A DNA stretch of 64,000 nucleotides from Camelus dromedarius (Eukaryota). The notes beneath the pieces were generated by a model. The model was given only the letters and a program-made list of their open reading frames with translations, was not told the DNA's origin and did not search any database. Below are positions 13,131-25,609 of this stretch, piece after piece. Numbering within the stretch: the stretch's first letter is position 1; every line of letters begins with the position of its first letter. The stretch covers positions 84,074,001 to 84,138,000 of the forward strand of contig NC_087437.1 in the NCBI RefSeq assembly GCF_036321535.1, given 5' to 3'. The position numbers and the translations under genes were made by a program.

Positions 13131-15389
13131 CATATTACATGGTATTAATTGCCATCTCTTGCTTTAAAATAAACATTAAGAACCTTTTCTTTTTTCCCTC
13201 TAAGAATTTTACTCTTAATCTCAAAATGAAAAAAAAAAAGGTACTGGAGGTGGTTTGTAAAATAAAAATATCATGGCAAAGGCGTATCTATATTCCAAAA
13301 TAATGAGGCGGAAAATTAGTTCAGGTAAATATTTTCATAATTCCATCTATAAAACTATATAGCTACATATAATTTCTTTGATGACACTTAAAAAAATCTT
13401 CAGATAAGGCTATTATATTATTTTGAGAAAAAACAGCTGATTCAATTTAAACTGGAACATAGAAGTGAGCAAATCCTTCTACTGCACTGCTGCTAAAGGC
13501 ATGTCAGCTGTAGCAGAATCCCACTGATCCCTTTAGCCATCGATTGATTAATTTAATGGAAAAGGAAGGTCTGAAGTCTGAAGAAACTTGCAATGCTGAC
13601 TTGACAGGATCTTACCTGAAGTTATGGCCAGGAAAACACACAGGTACATGCATGTACACATGCACACACGCACGCACACACACACTCAACACTGCCAATA
13701 ATGACTAACATCTTTAATACTATAAAGTAACACCATTACTTTAAAGTTAGTTAGATAAAAGATATTGACAAAATAAAATCTTATCTAGAATAACCTGCCT
13801 ATTTTTACATGAATTTGTAAAGAATGTTAATAACTTTTAAGAGATATTGCTTTGTTTTTTAGACTCAAAATGAGTATCTAAAAGACTTTGAATGAGGGCT
13901 ATGACATTACTCTGCTTTAACTCATAAAAAATATAGTCAGGACATAAAATACAGCTGGACAATAGCATAATTTAGTGTAATCTCACTTCTATCTAATCTA
14001 TTACAACGTTCTAATTGTAAATGAAGTTGTACTAATTACTGACGTTGACTTTTACTCTTGTTCTAGGTATTCAGAAATGCTCTGTAGTCATTAACTCATC
14101 ATTCTTCACAGCATTCAAATGAAATGGTAAATAAAAATATGTTTATACATGTATATTTATATAAACCTATATATATTTATACAGAAGTGAAATAAACTAA
14201 ATTTTATGGTTGTAATAACAAAAGAGATTCAAGTTCACTGCAGAAAATGTAGACTACAGATAAGCCAAAAATTGTCCTCAATCAGCCTAATGAAAAATCT
14301 TCTGCTAATATTGATATATATATACTTGAAATATTTTTTCTATGGATACAATTTTATCTGTGAACATATGCGTGTGTTAAAATTATTATTTTAATTTAAT
14401 AAAATACGAGCATCTTTCTAGGTTCTTAAGTAGTTAATCATTTTAATGGTTGCATAGCATCTTAAATATATGCTGTACAGTAATTTAATCAGCCAATCTT
14501 TATTACACTTTTAGTGACTTGTATTCTCTTACAGTTTTATTAAAAATGAATAGTTTTGTTGGAAAATAGCTAATTTTCATTCAGAGTTATTTTCTCAGGA
14601 AAAATTCCTAATGGGATTGCTGAGTAATAGTAAGCAATTACATTGATTTTCAAAATGTTGCTAAGTTGCTGGCAGAAAGGTGTTACTGATTCTAATAGTT
14701 TTATACAAAAGGAATGATTTTCCTGCCACTGACTATCCTTAAGTATTAATATTTTCATATTACTTAGTAATTCATCATTTAAAGTTGTATATCAGTTTTA
14801 ATTTGTATTTAATTGATTTATTTTTCCAAGTTATGCAAGGATATAATTTTTACTTAAACCTGAGTCAGAGAGAGCAGTGATTTTTGGAAACATTGACTCT
14901 GCTGGGTTACACCTTCTCATCAGAAAATGGGGATAGCATATTACTCAGGTCACATGTGGAAGTTAAAGAGGTATATGTATGTGAAAACCCTTAATAAATT
15001 TTGACTGCAAAGTGTTAAACAAAATTAAGCTAACCAAATAAATGAGATGAACACTATCACTTTCTGGTGAGCCAAAACCATAAGCACTTTCAAATAACGT
15101 TGAAAACAATGTAAACCTCAAGTGAAAAAAAATAGATTTAAAATAAATGTATACTTTATAAGAAATAAAGGGGAAAATCTGCCATGTTTAAGCATTTTAA
15201 TCATAAATTTCATCTTTATTTCCTCTAGCTATAGGTCCCAGGCAGCCACCCACTTTTCAGCAAATCAAAGGCTGTAGTCTACGTATATCATTCACATCAT
15301 TCATGCTTACTTATTTAAAAGAGACTGAGTTATATCTACAGTCTTTTCTTTTATGAAGCCATGTGGGAAGCCATATTTTTTAAAAATAC

Positions 15390-15664
15390 CAATGAATAAA
15401 ATGTCAACTTTGCTAAAGGTACTTTCTTCTGGCAAAGACTTCCTGGAGCTATTCTGCACAAAATCATCAGGCTGGTTGAAACTAGACTGATGTTTCTTGA
15501 TGTTTCTGACAAGATGCAGTTAGCTCGACTTCATTAATTCTCCATAATGGCAAAATGCTGCTTATGTCTCAGTAGGGAAATCGTGATAAGCTAACAATAA
15601 AAAATATGTATAGCTTCTAAATAGCCAATTGATAGCAACTAATTTATAAAAATAGTCAATGCAT
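15390..15664 (-). pseudogene. Gene B probable first coding exon (decayed signal peptide plus N-terminus)
   Basis: Candidate ATG at 15664, then LAI*KLYIFFIVSLSRFPY*DISSILPLWRINE and shifted QPDDFVQNSSRKS...VDILFI-G|gtattt. The phase-1 end joins the 9001 exon. Resembles TMEM132 'RF..LP.YLPV.Y.I.N...DIMRNSSL'. An alternative acceptor exists at 15590. Confidence 0.6.
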
Positions 15665-15939
15665 GATTGACATTCTGTGTATTTCTTAAATTTATTTCCA
15701 ATAATGTTCCCCTTTAGATAAGCAAGTTATAATGCGGAATTATAATAATACATTTGGGGAAGAAAGTATTCTGAGGAAATTTCAGTGGGAAACAATTATT
15801 TGTCTCAGGAAAATTCTAAATTGTTGTTTTATGAGAATACATTAGAAAGATATATTTAGGCTATTTTAGTTATAGGCAATCTAAGCCACACTAGCAAAAT
15901 GAAAGAAGTAAATGTAGTGTGCAATTTTTTGAAAAATTT

Positions 15940-16323
15940 ATCCAGCCTCCAGAAGGGCAGGGGCCAGAGCCCTCCTGGGAACCTTTATAGCAGAGGTGTG
16001 AGGGGCTTTCTCTGAGGAACGGCCAGTATGAGTTATCTTCCACAATGCTCGGCTGTCACATTTCTCCATTCCACATTTCAATTTAGAGAAGATGGGTTCC
16101 AACTGGTCCAGCTGTGCCTGCTTCTTAATGATTCACTATGTTCAGAGGTCAGGGTCAAAAGCACAGCCGAGCTGTGAGGTAGCCACTGTGCACTGGAGCC
16201 ATCCAAAAAGAGGTGACACTCAAGAAAGACACTCAACAGATTTGGTGTCCATGCCATAAATCTATTTTTCCCATTTGCCTTTTCAGGAAGAGTTATCAAC
16301 TACTATGTGTCTACGGCTGACAC
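15940..16323 (-). pseudogene. Gene A probable terminal exon
   Basis: tattttcag acceptor. VSAVDT**LITLPEKANGK / IYGMDTKSVECLS*VSPLFGW...ALWKITHTG. No clear donor afterwards. 3' end approximate. Confidence 0.45.
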
Positions 16324-16597
16324 CTGAAAATACATTTACCATATATTCTAATGGTTACAAATAAACTATTTTAGGTCACTTCAAATTTGTGAGATAGAAT
16401 TTAAAGACAGCAATTATTGCACATGGTACTTGCATGATTTATTCTGCATACTAGGAATGCCTACAAAATAAAGGAAAGTGAAACACTTAGAAAAGATACA
16501 CATACTACATGTTTTCATTTAAATGCATTATATGTGATTTTGGCAGGATGGTTAGTAACAAATCTACAAATTTAGAGTAATAAACTTTTATTTTCAC

Positions 16598-16918
16598 CTC
16601 TGTTTGAATTATAGACTATATCTGCATAAGTAGCAGACAGATCATTTCATTATGATAAATATAAGAGGAAACTTTTCTGGGAATACTTGTAGAATTGATA
16701 AGTTGGCCAATGGTCTATTTCCTGATACAATGCTAATTCAATTTGATTTTCTAAACATCTTTCCACTCTCATATCCTGGTATATTTTGGAACTAGAATCC
16801 AAATTATCTGATTACAAGTTTAATCTTTCAATTACTACAAAGCAGTGACCTCTTTGTTTATCGTCCACAATGAGATTTACTGGATATGTATTTCATATTT
16901 TTTCACATTTGTCTGAAC
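16598..16918 (-). pseudogene. Gene A candidate penultimate exon
   Basis: tttcccaag / gag|gtgaaa. One frame of ~106 codons with four stops, ending YSQKSFLLYLS**NDLS... Confidence 0.4.
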
Positions 16919-16971
16919 CTTGGGAAATTTTTTAGATATGAACAGAAAAATCTACCAGTTCTTTAGCTCAC

Positions 16972-17378
16972 TGTTATGGACTGAACTGTCCACCCCCCAC
17001 CTCCCAAATCCATGTGTTGAAGCCATAACGCCCAGTATTTCAGACTGTAACTATATTTGGAAACAGGGCTTTTAAAGAAATGATTAAGTTAAAATGAGGC
17101 CCTGAGGGTGGACCCTAATCCAATCTGCTTGATGTCATTATAAGAAGAGGAGATTGAGAGATACAGGGAGACAGGAGGGATGCACACAGAGAAAAGGCCA
17201 TGTGAAGACAGAGGGAAGAGACAGCCACCTGCAAGTCAAGGAGAGAGGTCTTAGAAGAAACCAAACCTGCAGACACCTTGACCTTGGACTTCTAGTCTCC
17301 AGAACTGTGAGTAAATAAGCTTCTGTTTAAACTGCCCAGTCTGTGGCACTTGGTCATGGCAGCGTGACCAAACTAACA
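16972..17378 (+). mobile_element. MaLR solo LTR (MLT1A/B-like)
   Basis: tgttatggactgaa...ccagaactgtgag...aactaaca. Confidence 0.85.
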
Positions 17379-17699
17379 TGTTTGTTTAAATACCTTGAAA
17401 ATAATATTTTAAAACATTTAATATAAATCACATTTCCAGAATTTGCTCGTATGTCACTTTTGACATCTAAGTTTTAATACATTTCAAAAGTAGCTTATGG
17501 CATTTTACATTTATGTTTATTACCACCAGCAAGTTATTCAACTTCCTAAAATTTAAGTCTAGGTCTACTAAAAACCTCTAAGACATTTCAAAACATGCTC
17601 AAATATATTTATACAGTAGATGGCATGAGAAGTAATAAAAAGAGACAAAATCTAGTAAGTTAGACTGAAAAATCATATCTTATGGAACTCCATAAGCTT

Positions 17700-18043
17700 A
17701 TGTGATAATTTTGTTGTTGCTGACCATGAATCACTTTTTAGATCATCGGTTAATCCAAGGTCAAAGCCATGAACAGCATGCTATTTGTTCAATAAAAATG
17801 TAAATGTTCTTGACTCCCTGAAACTGCAACAGTTTGGTTGTGCTATGTAACCAGTCATTTGAACAATAGGGCAGTGGATTGATGATGCTATTTTTCAAAG
17901 AAAGTCAGGTGAGCTATTGATAGTACAACAGTAAGTGCATCTCTAAGTTTAAGAGCAATTCCTTTGTTTTAGTACATTACACTTCTGGGATGCTATAATC
18001 AAAGCAGATGTACACAGAATTACAGTGATTCATATTCATGGGT
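17700..18043 (-). pseudogene. Gene A fossil exon (DUF11-like repeat)
   Basis: tgcttcag acceptor. NQTVAVSGESRTFTFLLNK*HAVHGFDLGLTDDL. Donor not located. Confidence 0.45.
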
Positions 18044-19681
18044 CTGAAGCAATACTTAAAAATGAATCTAATTCAGTCCAATAAACTATTTGGCATTGTG
18101 TGCAATGATATGACTGATTTTTATTTGCTTAACATTGTGTCTCAGCAATTCATGCTTCTTCCACATATAAGTATTAGTCAGGGATTTTAGAATGAGTAAA
18201 ATTACAGTACAATTACATCTTATTAAGCTATCTGTTCCTAAAATAGTTGCAATTGGACAGGAAAGTATATAGCTTTCCAGCTGGTCCTCTTGCTCATTTA
18301 TTCATTAATTCAACAATTATTAAGAGACTTTCCTGTGCCGAGAACTGTGCAAAGCTCCATAGGATATATAAAAAAGTTAATATGTAGTTCCTACTCCTGT
18401 ATATTTCACATTTCTTGAACCTAATATCCCAGTTAGCTCACTAACCACTGTCTCACAGCAAACTTTAAAAATAGTAGTTTATACATGCCACGTTCATGCC
18501 AGAACCCACCACCTTATTAGCCCATTACAACCTGTCTCAACTCCCACGATTTCACAAAAGCCATATTTTTAAAGGTTGCCAGTAAGCAAGTTACAAATAG
18601 CCTTTCTCAACACTGCACCTCAATATTGCACTGGGCAATGTTGAATGTGCTTCCTTTTCAATTTTCTGCTTTGACTTGTATAATAGTACAGACTTCTTCT
18701 TCTGTAACCACTCCTTAATTTTAATCTATACTTCCCCAATGTTTCTTCCCATCCCTATACTCTTTCTCCTTCAGAGTTACTTCTTGGTGATTTCCATGGT
18801 TTCAGCCTCTCAGATTATGTAGCCTTGTTACAAATTATCTTCTAGCCTTCTTACTTGTTCCATATTTAAACTCATTATGTCCCAAACTGAACTGATCATT
18901 TTCCCTCCCCTCACTAACTGCATACCTGGTCTTGTGAAATCTGTTCCTCCCCTAGTTTGCTGAAATTCTGGCAATAACAGAGCTACCATTCTCACTGTCA
19001 CTAATGCCTGGATCTTGGAGTTAGCTCTAACTCTAAATTTACCCACACATCATATCAAACCAGTTCAAAGACCCACGGCTCTAACTTTGCAATATCTTTT
19101 TTTGTGTGTCTGTCTTCTTTTCCACATCTGTTGTTTCTACCTTCATTATCTATTACTTCTTACAAAAATGGCTGACTAGATTCCTGACCACCTTTTTCTT
19201 CTCCATATTCTACCCACTGATATCACTCTCCTATACATTTAATCTTCCTACTTATTTCTTCCATGATTAAAAAATAATCAAGCTTTATCTACTTCTCTCA
19301 TCTTCCATTCATTAGATGGTAGATAATTTATCTCTATGCCTTTGGAATGAATGTCTGTACTTAATTTTTTTGACATTCATGCATTTATTTATTCAACAGA
19401 CACTGATTTAACATTTTTTGTTAAATACCATGTGAAATCAATGCCTTCTATCTCTTAGAAACCTGTAGCTGGTGCTAACCTCTTGTGTTCTAATATCTTT
19501 TTCTCTAGCTGAGATAGAATTATTTTCTGATTAGTTTCTATAGCTAACACCGAGTTTATTACTCCTTTTTATACTATTCTCAAGAAGGGAAAAAAAGGGG
19601 GCTCTCAGGCTCTCCAGTCAGTAATATGTAGAGTGCCTAGGGAGTGCCTAGGTGTCATTCCTCGGAATTTATTTCTCTCAC

Positions 19682-19921
19682 CTGCTCTCAGACCTGGTCC
19701 CATTTCTCCTACTCTCTTTTCAGCACAAGCTTTTATGTTGGCAACTTTATCTGTGATTATAACTTCATTAAGGACTCATTTATACAGATTATATCTGTGG
19801 TGTTAAAGAAGCTTCTTAAGAGTGGCCTGTCAGTCTATATAACTCGGATTTCTTGATTCAATTGTGAGTCCAAAAGAAATTGCATTAATGGTAACTATTT
19901 TCACTTGCTCACTGCCGTCAG
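19682..19921 (-). pseudogene. Gene A fossil exon
   Basis: tttcgtag / cag|gtgaga. QVKIVTINAISFGLTIE... and NEVIITDKVANIKAC..., with frameshifts. Confidence 0.5.
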
Positions 19922-20600
19922 CTACGAAACTGTTTCCCTCCCAAGCTCCATCCCATATAGGACTCTCTCACTTCTTGACTTCACTGAGGGTATTTAGCAA
20001 GTGCTTACAACAAACACCTGCATTTTTCTCTACTTTGGCTCTTGTCCAGCCTCCGTGTTCATGTCTTGAAATCTACTTTAGATAAATACATATAGGATTC
20101 AAATCTCTACAAATGTTATTTTTAGATTTTTATTAGGGGAAAGTCAACTCATTTACTCAAAGGCCTCAGGTGAGGTTGAATGAGAGAAAGTAGGAAGAAA
20201 ATTAATACATAAATGGTTCCTTTTATAAACCATTAGTGTCTAAATATGTATCTGTGCACTTATACTAATTGGACAATGATTCTATACACCTGCAAATGAA
20301 ATGGGAAGATGTGTCAGAGAATGAGTCTGTCAAAGAGGCTATAAAAAACATCGAAAGAAGTATACAACGGAACCCCATTGTACATACAAAATAGTAATGA
20401 TATTTAAACTAGGTGGGGGAGGGGGAGGGGTCCGGAGAGAAAGAGTGAGGGAAGAGAAAGCAGATTATGTAAACACTGAAGGTAATTCTACTAACTGTTG
20501 CACTGAATGAATGTGTATTCTAGATTGAACATGAAATAGAAGAGAATCTGCTACTGCATCCGTATATTTTATTAGCTAAGCCACCATGTGTTTCTCATAC

Positions 20601-20737
20601 GCCTAGCGACAACAAACGTAATTCAACACTGAAGGGAATTTGAGTGCTTGAAGATATGCCTATTTCATTCTGTGTTGGCCACTCCACAAACAACTTCATC
20701 TGGAGCTCAGATGAAGAAATAACAATCTGTTTCAGTG
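20601..20737 (-). pseudogene. Gene A exon, still open
   Basis: ttttcctctag / gtatga, 137 nt. (A)LKQIVISSSELQMKLFVEWPTQNEIGISSSTQIPFSVELRLLSLG with no stop. Confidence 0.6.
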
Positions 20738-21296
20738 CTAGAGGAAAACCTGACTTGCTGGACATTTTTAGAGAGTATATATAATAAGCTGACACCAGTG
20801 TAAAATGCTACCCCATGTATCCTAGAAAAAAAAAAAGAGTGCTCTAGAATAAAGAACAGCAGAGTTAAAATCTTTGATGAAAATGAGAAGGTAGGTGTCA
20901 GGATTTACAAATACAGTATTTTGAGTCACGGTGAAAATAATATGATGATTATTTTATAATGACTGTACCAACTGATATTTCCAATTCTGCCAGCAACACT
21001 ACAAATAGAATTAATTATTTTAATGGTATATGCCATCATGTGAAAAATGATGAATTAATAGACTTTATTTACTTTAAAAACCAAATCTAAAGTGAATTTT
21101 CATGACTAAATCCATCCAAAATGCAAATCCATTATAACCTCCAACTACTATTTAAATATTGCTATTTCTGGAATCAAGGAGAGAGAAAAGTCTAAAACCT
21201 TAATTTGTGTAGTCATGAAGTAAGCAAATAAAGCTTCATAGCATTAAAATTGATGCTATGGAATTAATAATAAAAGTTGTGAGCTATCTCTCTCTT

Positions 21297-21300
<4 letters not shown>

Positions 21301-21329
<29 letters not shown>

Positions 21330-21446
21330 GGTTAGGGGGAGGTAATTAGGTTTATTTATTTATTCTTAGAGGAGGTACCGGGGATTAAACCCAGGACCTC
21401 ATGCATGCTAAGCATGCCCTCTACCACTTGAGCTATACCCTCTCCC
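21301..21446 (-). mobile_element. Young tRNA-derived SINE, camelid type
   Basis: Minus-strand head gggagagggtatagctcaagtggtagag (A box) and a B-box-like gggtttaatccc, plus a long poly(A). TSD gtgagct(a)ctctctc..tttt at 21279 and 21447. Confidence 0.9.
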
Positions 21447-22833
21447 GTGAGCTCTCTCTTTTTTAAGGAGCTTATGGCCTCAATATGAGATAGATTTCAA
21501 AACTTACTACCCATTAGAATTAATTACTAATGAATAATACTGTTGATTTTAAACAGAATATATACTAATATGATTTGTATAAATTAGGCTGTTCTTCATG
21601 AAAAGCATCTTAATGAATGCTATTCTTTGAAGTCTGATAACATGAAAAGAACACAAGTAATCATTTATGATACCTTGTAACTTAAAGCACAGAGAATTAT
21701 CAGCTGGCTAGCTTCATTATTAACATTTAGGGTTCTGAATTTCAAAATTAATGACATGTCTAAATCAATTCTCTAATTAATTTGGATAAAAATTACTTTT
21801 GAATAAAATCATAAAAAAATCTCAAAATCCATACCTCAACACACTGTAAAGTTTTTAAAGAAATTAAACTAACATGAATGCACAGGGCGAATCCAAACAT
21901 AAAAATTGGGAGTTAAAGAGAAAACATGGAGGCTTCATTATTCATTCACATGAATGGTGCCTCTGACAGATTACCTTACTATTCTCCAAAAATTCCCTGT
22001 CTTATCTTGTGAGAAGATTCTATATCCATGTTTCGGTGAACTGTGGTCATTTGAATTACTTTGTCCAAAAAAAAAAAAAAAAGTATATATATATACACAC
22101 ACACAGGCCAAAATTCCTCTATTACTTCAGAAGTTTTAGACTCTAGATTTGACTTTTGAAACCCAATGTGATAAACAATCTACTCAGGATATATGAGAAC
22201 ACAGGTAGGGTTTTTCCACCTACAGAAACCAATATCCACAAGTTTGTACCTTTGATTAAAAAAAAAAAGTAAATGCTTTCAGCTTTTCTACTCTAACTAT
22301 AAAGGGTGAAAGCTTAGATGTTTTTCTAATTACTATCATACTATTTTTTAATTTTAGAGGTTTTTTAAAAGTAAAACTTATTGTTAAGAGTATGTAATTA
22401 TTCAGGACCAAGAGCCACATTTCGTGTCCTTCACAGCAGCATTTACATACTTGCACATAATAACAACAGATGGTGTTACTAAATGCTTGTTTCATTAAAT
22501 TTAAAACATCCTTTGGGAGAGTAATTGCTTTCTATAATAAAACAATCACCCAAATTCAATATTAAAGAAACAGAGAGGTCCCTTAGAAGGCAAGCCTAAT
22601 CTAAATAGAAGTAACTCCTCATATTTTTATAGGTGTATAGAAATCTAGTTACATACTTGTCTTTTAAATCAAAACCAAAAGTGTCTGTATTTATCAGAAT
22701 GCCTTGCAAACTTGCTTTGTATAGACAAAGACACCCTGCAATTTGTATGGAATAGTTAAAAATACACTTTCAAAGAAATCATTAATCACCAAAAGATAAT
22801 ACCATTTCAACTTCTGATATGAAGCTCTTTTAC

Positions 22834-23042
22834 CTACTACTTTCTAGCTAATTTGTTTCACACAATGGTGCTCATTGATGCTAGTGAAAGCTTCATTTCC
22901 TTCTGCAGAAAACTTAACTGGCAGAGTCATAATCATCCAAGGCAATAACAATCACTCCTAGTCTTTTTCACTTCAGTCCACACACTCTGACTCTTCTCAT
23001 TACCAGCCTCAGACATTTTTCATTCCTCCTTAGAGCCAGACA
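22834..23042 (-). pseudogene. Gene A candidate fossil exon
   Basis: ctacag / tag|gtaaaa. The phase-1 end would join 20737. Translation badly broken. Confidence 0.25.
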
Positions 23043-25099
23043 CTGTAGATTTACTTGCTCTGATTTCCAATGCCCATGATCATTATGGAGCCTGCAACTC
23101 ACCAAACACCTATATGAATGAATACAATTTAAGAAATGCTTATTAAATACCTTGTAACTTTAAAATAGTACGTATACCCTGCAGAAGATACATAATTGGG
23201 GCTAATTTACTAAAACCATATATAATTTAATGTTGAAAATATAATACACTATAAATCCCTAAAGTAGAATTTAGGCAACCTCCTGTGAGATTTCTGAGAA
23301 TAAGAAGGCTATACGTTTTGGGGAGTAGGAGACATTTGAGGCGATCTTGGTATGTGGTTGGTATCTCCAAGAAAGAGATTATAGTTCAGGAATAAGGAAG
23401 GGACAGCCAGTGATAACAGCATAAGCAAAGAGATGCAAATGCAAAATAATGACACATTTTAACAATAAAATGGCTAGTTTTGCACTAACTCTGTATATAT
23501 AGAAGAGCTGTAACAAATATGTCTGAGAATGTGGGGTGACCCCACAGTGTGGAGGGCCATACATGTTAGGCTGTGGATTTCATGTTCAACTTAACTGCCA
23601 CAGGTTAGAATTAAAGATTATTACTAAGAGTTCTTCTCTTGCAAGATTAAATTGGCCTCAGAGTGGATTGGAGGCAGAAGTGATTATAGAAAGGAAGATT
23701 CATTAAACAAAAGTTCCAGAAAGAGTTAACAGAGCACTCGAATAGGATAGTGGTAGCAGGAATGAAGATATGTGAAATGGCACCACGAAAGCAGAGCCAA
23801 CAGGATCTGACAACTAACTGGTTATGAGAGGAAAGTAAAGGTAGAGTTAATTACTTAAACATGAAGAAAAGACTGTCTCCCAAAATAGCATTTGACTGCC
23901 AAGAATCACATATGCCACATAAGTATAGTACATCCTCAGATTATATCAAATACTTAGTATCTCCAATTCTCAATTTTAAATAATATTTAAACCAAGCCTG
24001 CAGTTGTTTCATAATTTTTAAAGGAAACAATAACACCAAAAAGTACAGAGTAGAAAATAAAAACACAGAAACCCAAGGAAATTAGTTTAAACTTATAGAA
24101 ATCTAACAGTCTGCATAAAACACAAAAAATAAAATCATCCAAAATAATGTCAATAATGACAATACTTAATATAGCTTTTTTTTTACACAATTTCTATTAT
24201 TCTTTATAGAATGACCTTAGTCATGGTGTGACAAAATTCAGTTGATACGGGCAGAACAGTAAATTATTGAAAGAATATACTGGGTGACTCACAGAATCTT
24301 TGGGAGAGTTGGAGAACTAGAATCAAAGGCTACATCTAAAACTGTGGCACAGGCTCCCTTCCAACCTTCCAGCTAGATCCTGACATTAGACGCCACAGTG
24401 TGAAACACCAGTACCACCAACTGGAGTCTCTGGAATCTGCCAAAAGAACTGCTGCTGATGCTCCCTCTGAAGATCAGATGCAGCTGCCATAGTCGCCGCT
24501 ATCTAACAGCAGAAAGAATACTAGTAGTTACTCCCGGTGAATCTCATTTTCAGAAGCTACATCATGCCAGGCCTTGGCTGAATGGGAGCCTTGGAAAGCA
24601 ACAACCTGGCATTTTTAACTTCGACATGGAAATGGGCTCTAGCATGTTAGAAGAGACCTCAGATGGGTAGGACCAAAAGAACGCTGGACAAAATATTGTT
24701 AACAGACACATTTCAGTGCTTAAAGCGTATGAAGTTATGTTACTCTATTTAGTGTTCTAAGCAGCAAAATTCAGATTGAATGGTAAATATTTTAACTAGT
24801 ACAAGCATACTTATTAGTTTATTAATACAAAAAAATAACTATGAGGATTTCAGTGATGTTCGGTGAAAAGAGACATTGGACTTGACATGTTATACATCAG
24901 TGTCAGGTCAGGGCTGCCATGAAAATAAGGGATATGTAGAGTAAAAAACTTGAATAGAAGCATGATAAATTTAGGAAGAGGATGAGTATTTATTATTATA
25001 TTACATCCAAAATTTGGATTAAACTATATGACATTATAGTTTATAAAGAAAACCAAAAATGAAATGACAAGTTTGGATTACCATAAAATGTATAGTTGC

Positions 25100-25600
25100 T
25101 AGAATGAGATCCATAAGAGGTACTAGTCATCTGAACCACTTATGATGCATGAATTTATGCCCAAAATGGCCATCTGAGGGCACATATACTATTGGAGGAG
25201 GTCATCAAGAAGACATGACTGCCAGATGACCTGAAAGCCGGACCTGGGCAACTGGAGACTTCTCACCCCAACTGTGTACTTGCAATGTGTTTTCTCCTTG
25301 CCTTCCTTCCTCTGCACCCCCAGAAGCTGGTTCAAGGATACATACTTGAAATAGAAATGTGGTGTTGAGGCTGTCTAGACTGAGTACTTGACTGAACCCA
25401 CTTAATGCCTCTATATAAAATTTTATGATTCTGAGGAGTGGGTGCAGAAATCTTCTTTTGCAAGCACCCAAGACATGCCTTGCAAACTATTAAACCTTCC
25501 ACCTATGAATCTGAAGGCATCTGTCTTTTTTCTTGGTCTCTCCCTGCCCTCCTTGTGCAGGGGCCATTTCAGATTACACCCAGGCATCTCCCAAGGACAA
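25100..25600 (+). mobile_element. LTR-like segment (family not determined)
   Basis: TATA-like ctatataaaa, attaaa signal and U5-like pyrimidine-rich end. Differs from the MLT2 LTR downstream. Confidence 0.4.
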
Positions 25601-25609
25601 ATAGGCACA

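Larger units (their letters stand above)
451..15664 (-). pseudogene. Decayed multi-exon TMEM132-related gene ('gene B'), non-processed; continues past window start
   Basis: At least 11 AG/GT-bounded minus-strand segments translate, across stops and frameshifts, to TMEM132-like motifs in the family's domain order: LPLWRINE..VQNSS; FQLLFH/IAG; C..LQLRVP; TELLYTLY..KIGSLSV; FSLLIFKM..RNIYW; YQYGNLS; QIPVIVEA. Confidence 0.75.

Noticed and set aside
16078..16299. ORF containing MAWTPNLLSVFL as a possible signal-peptide exon of gene B
   Set aside because: No donor follows it and it is weakly hydrophobic. An upstream acceptor and another frame fit a gene A terminal exon better. Not fully excluded.
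21365..21446. tRNA-like sequence
   Set aside because: It is the head of a SINE (poly(A) tail and TSD), not a tRNA gene.
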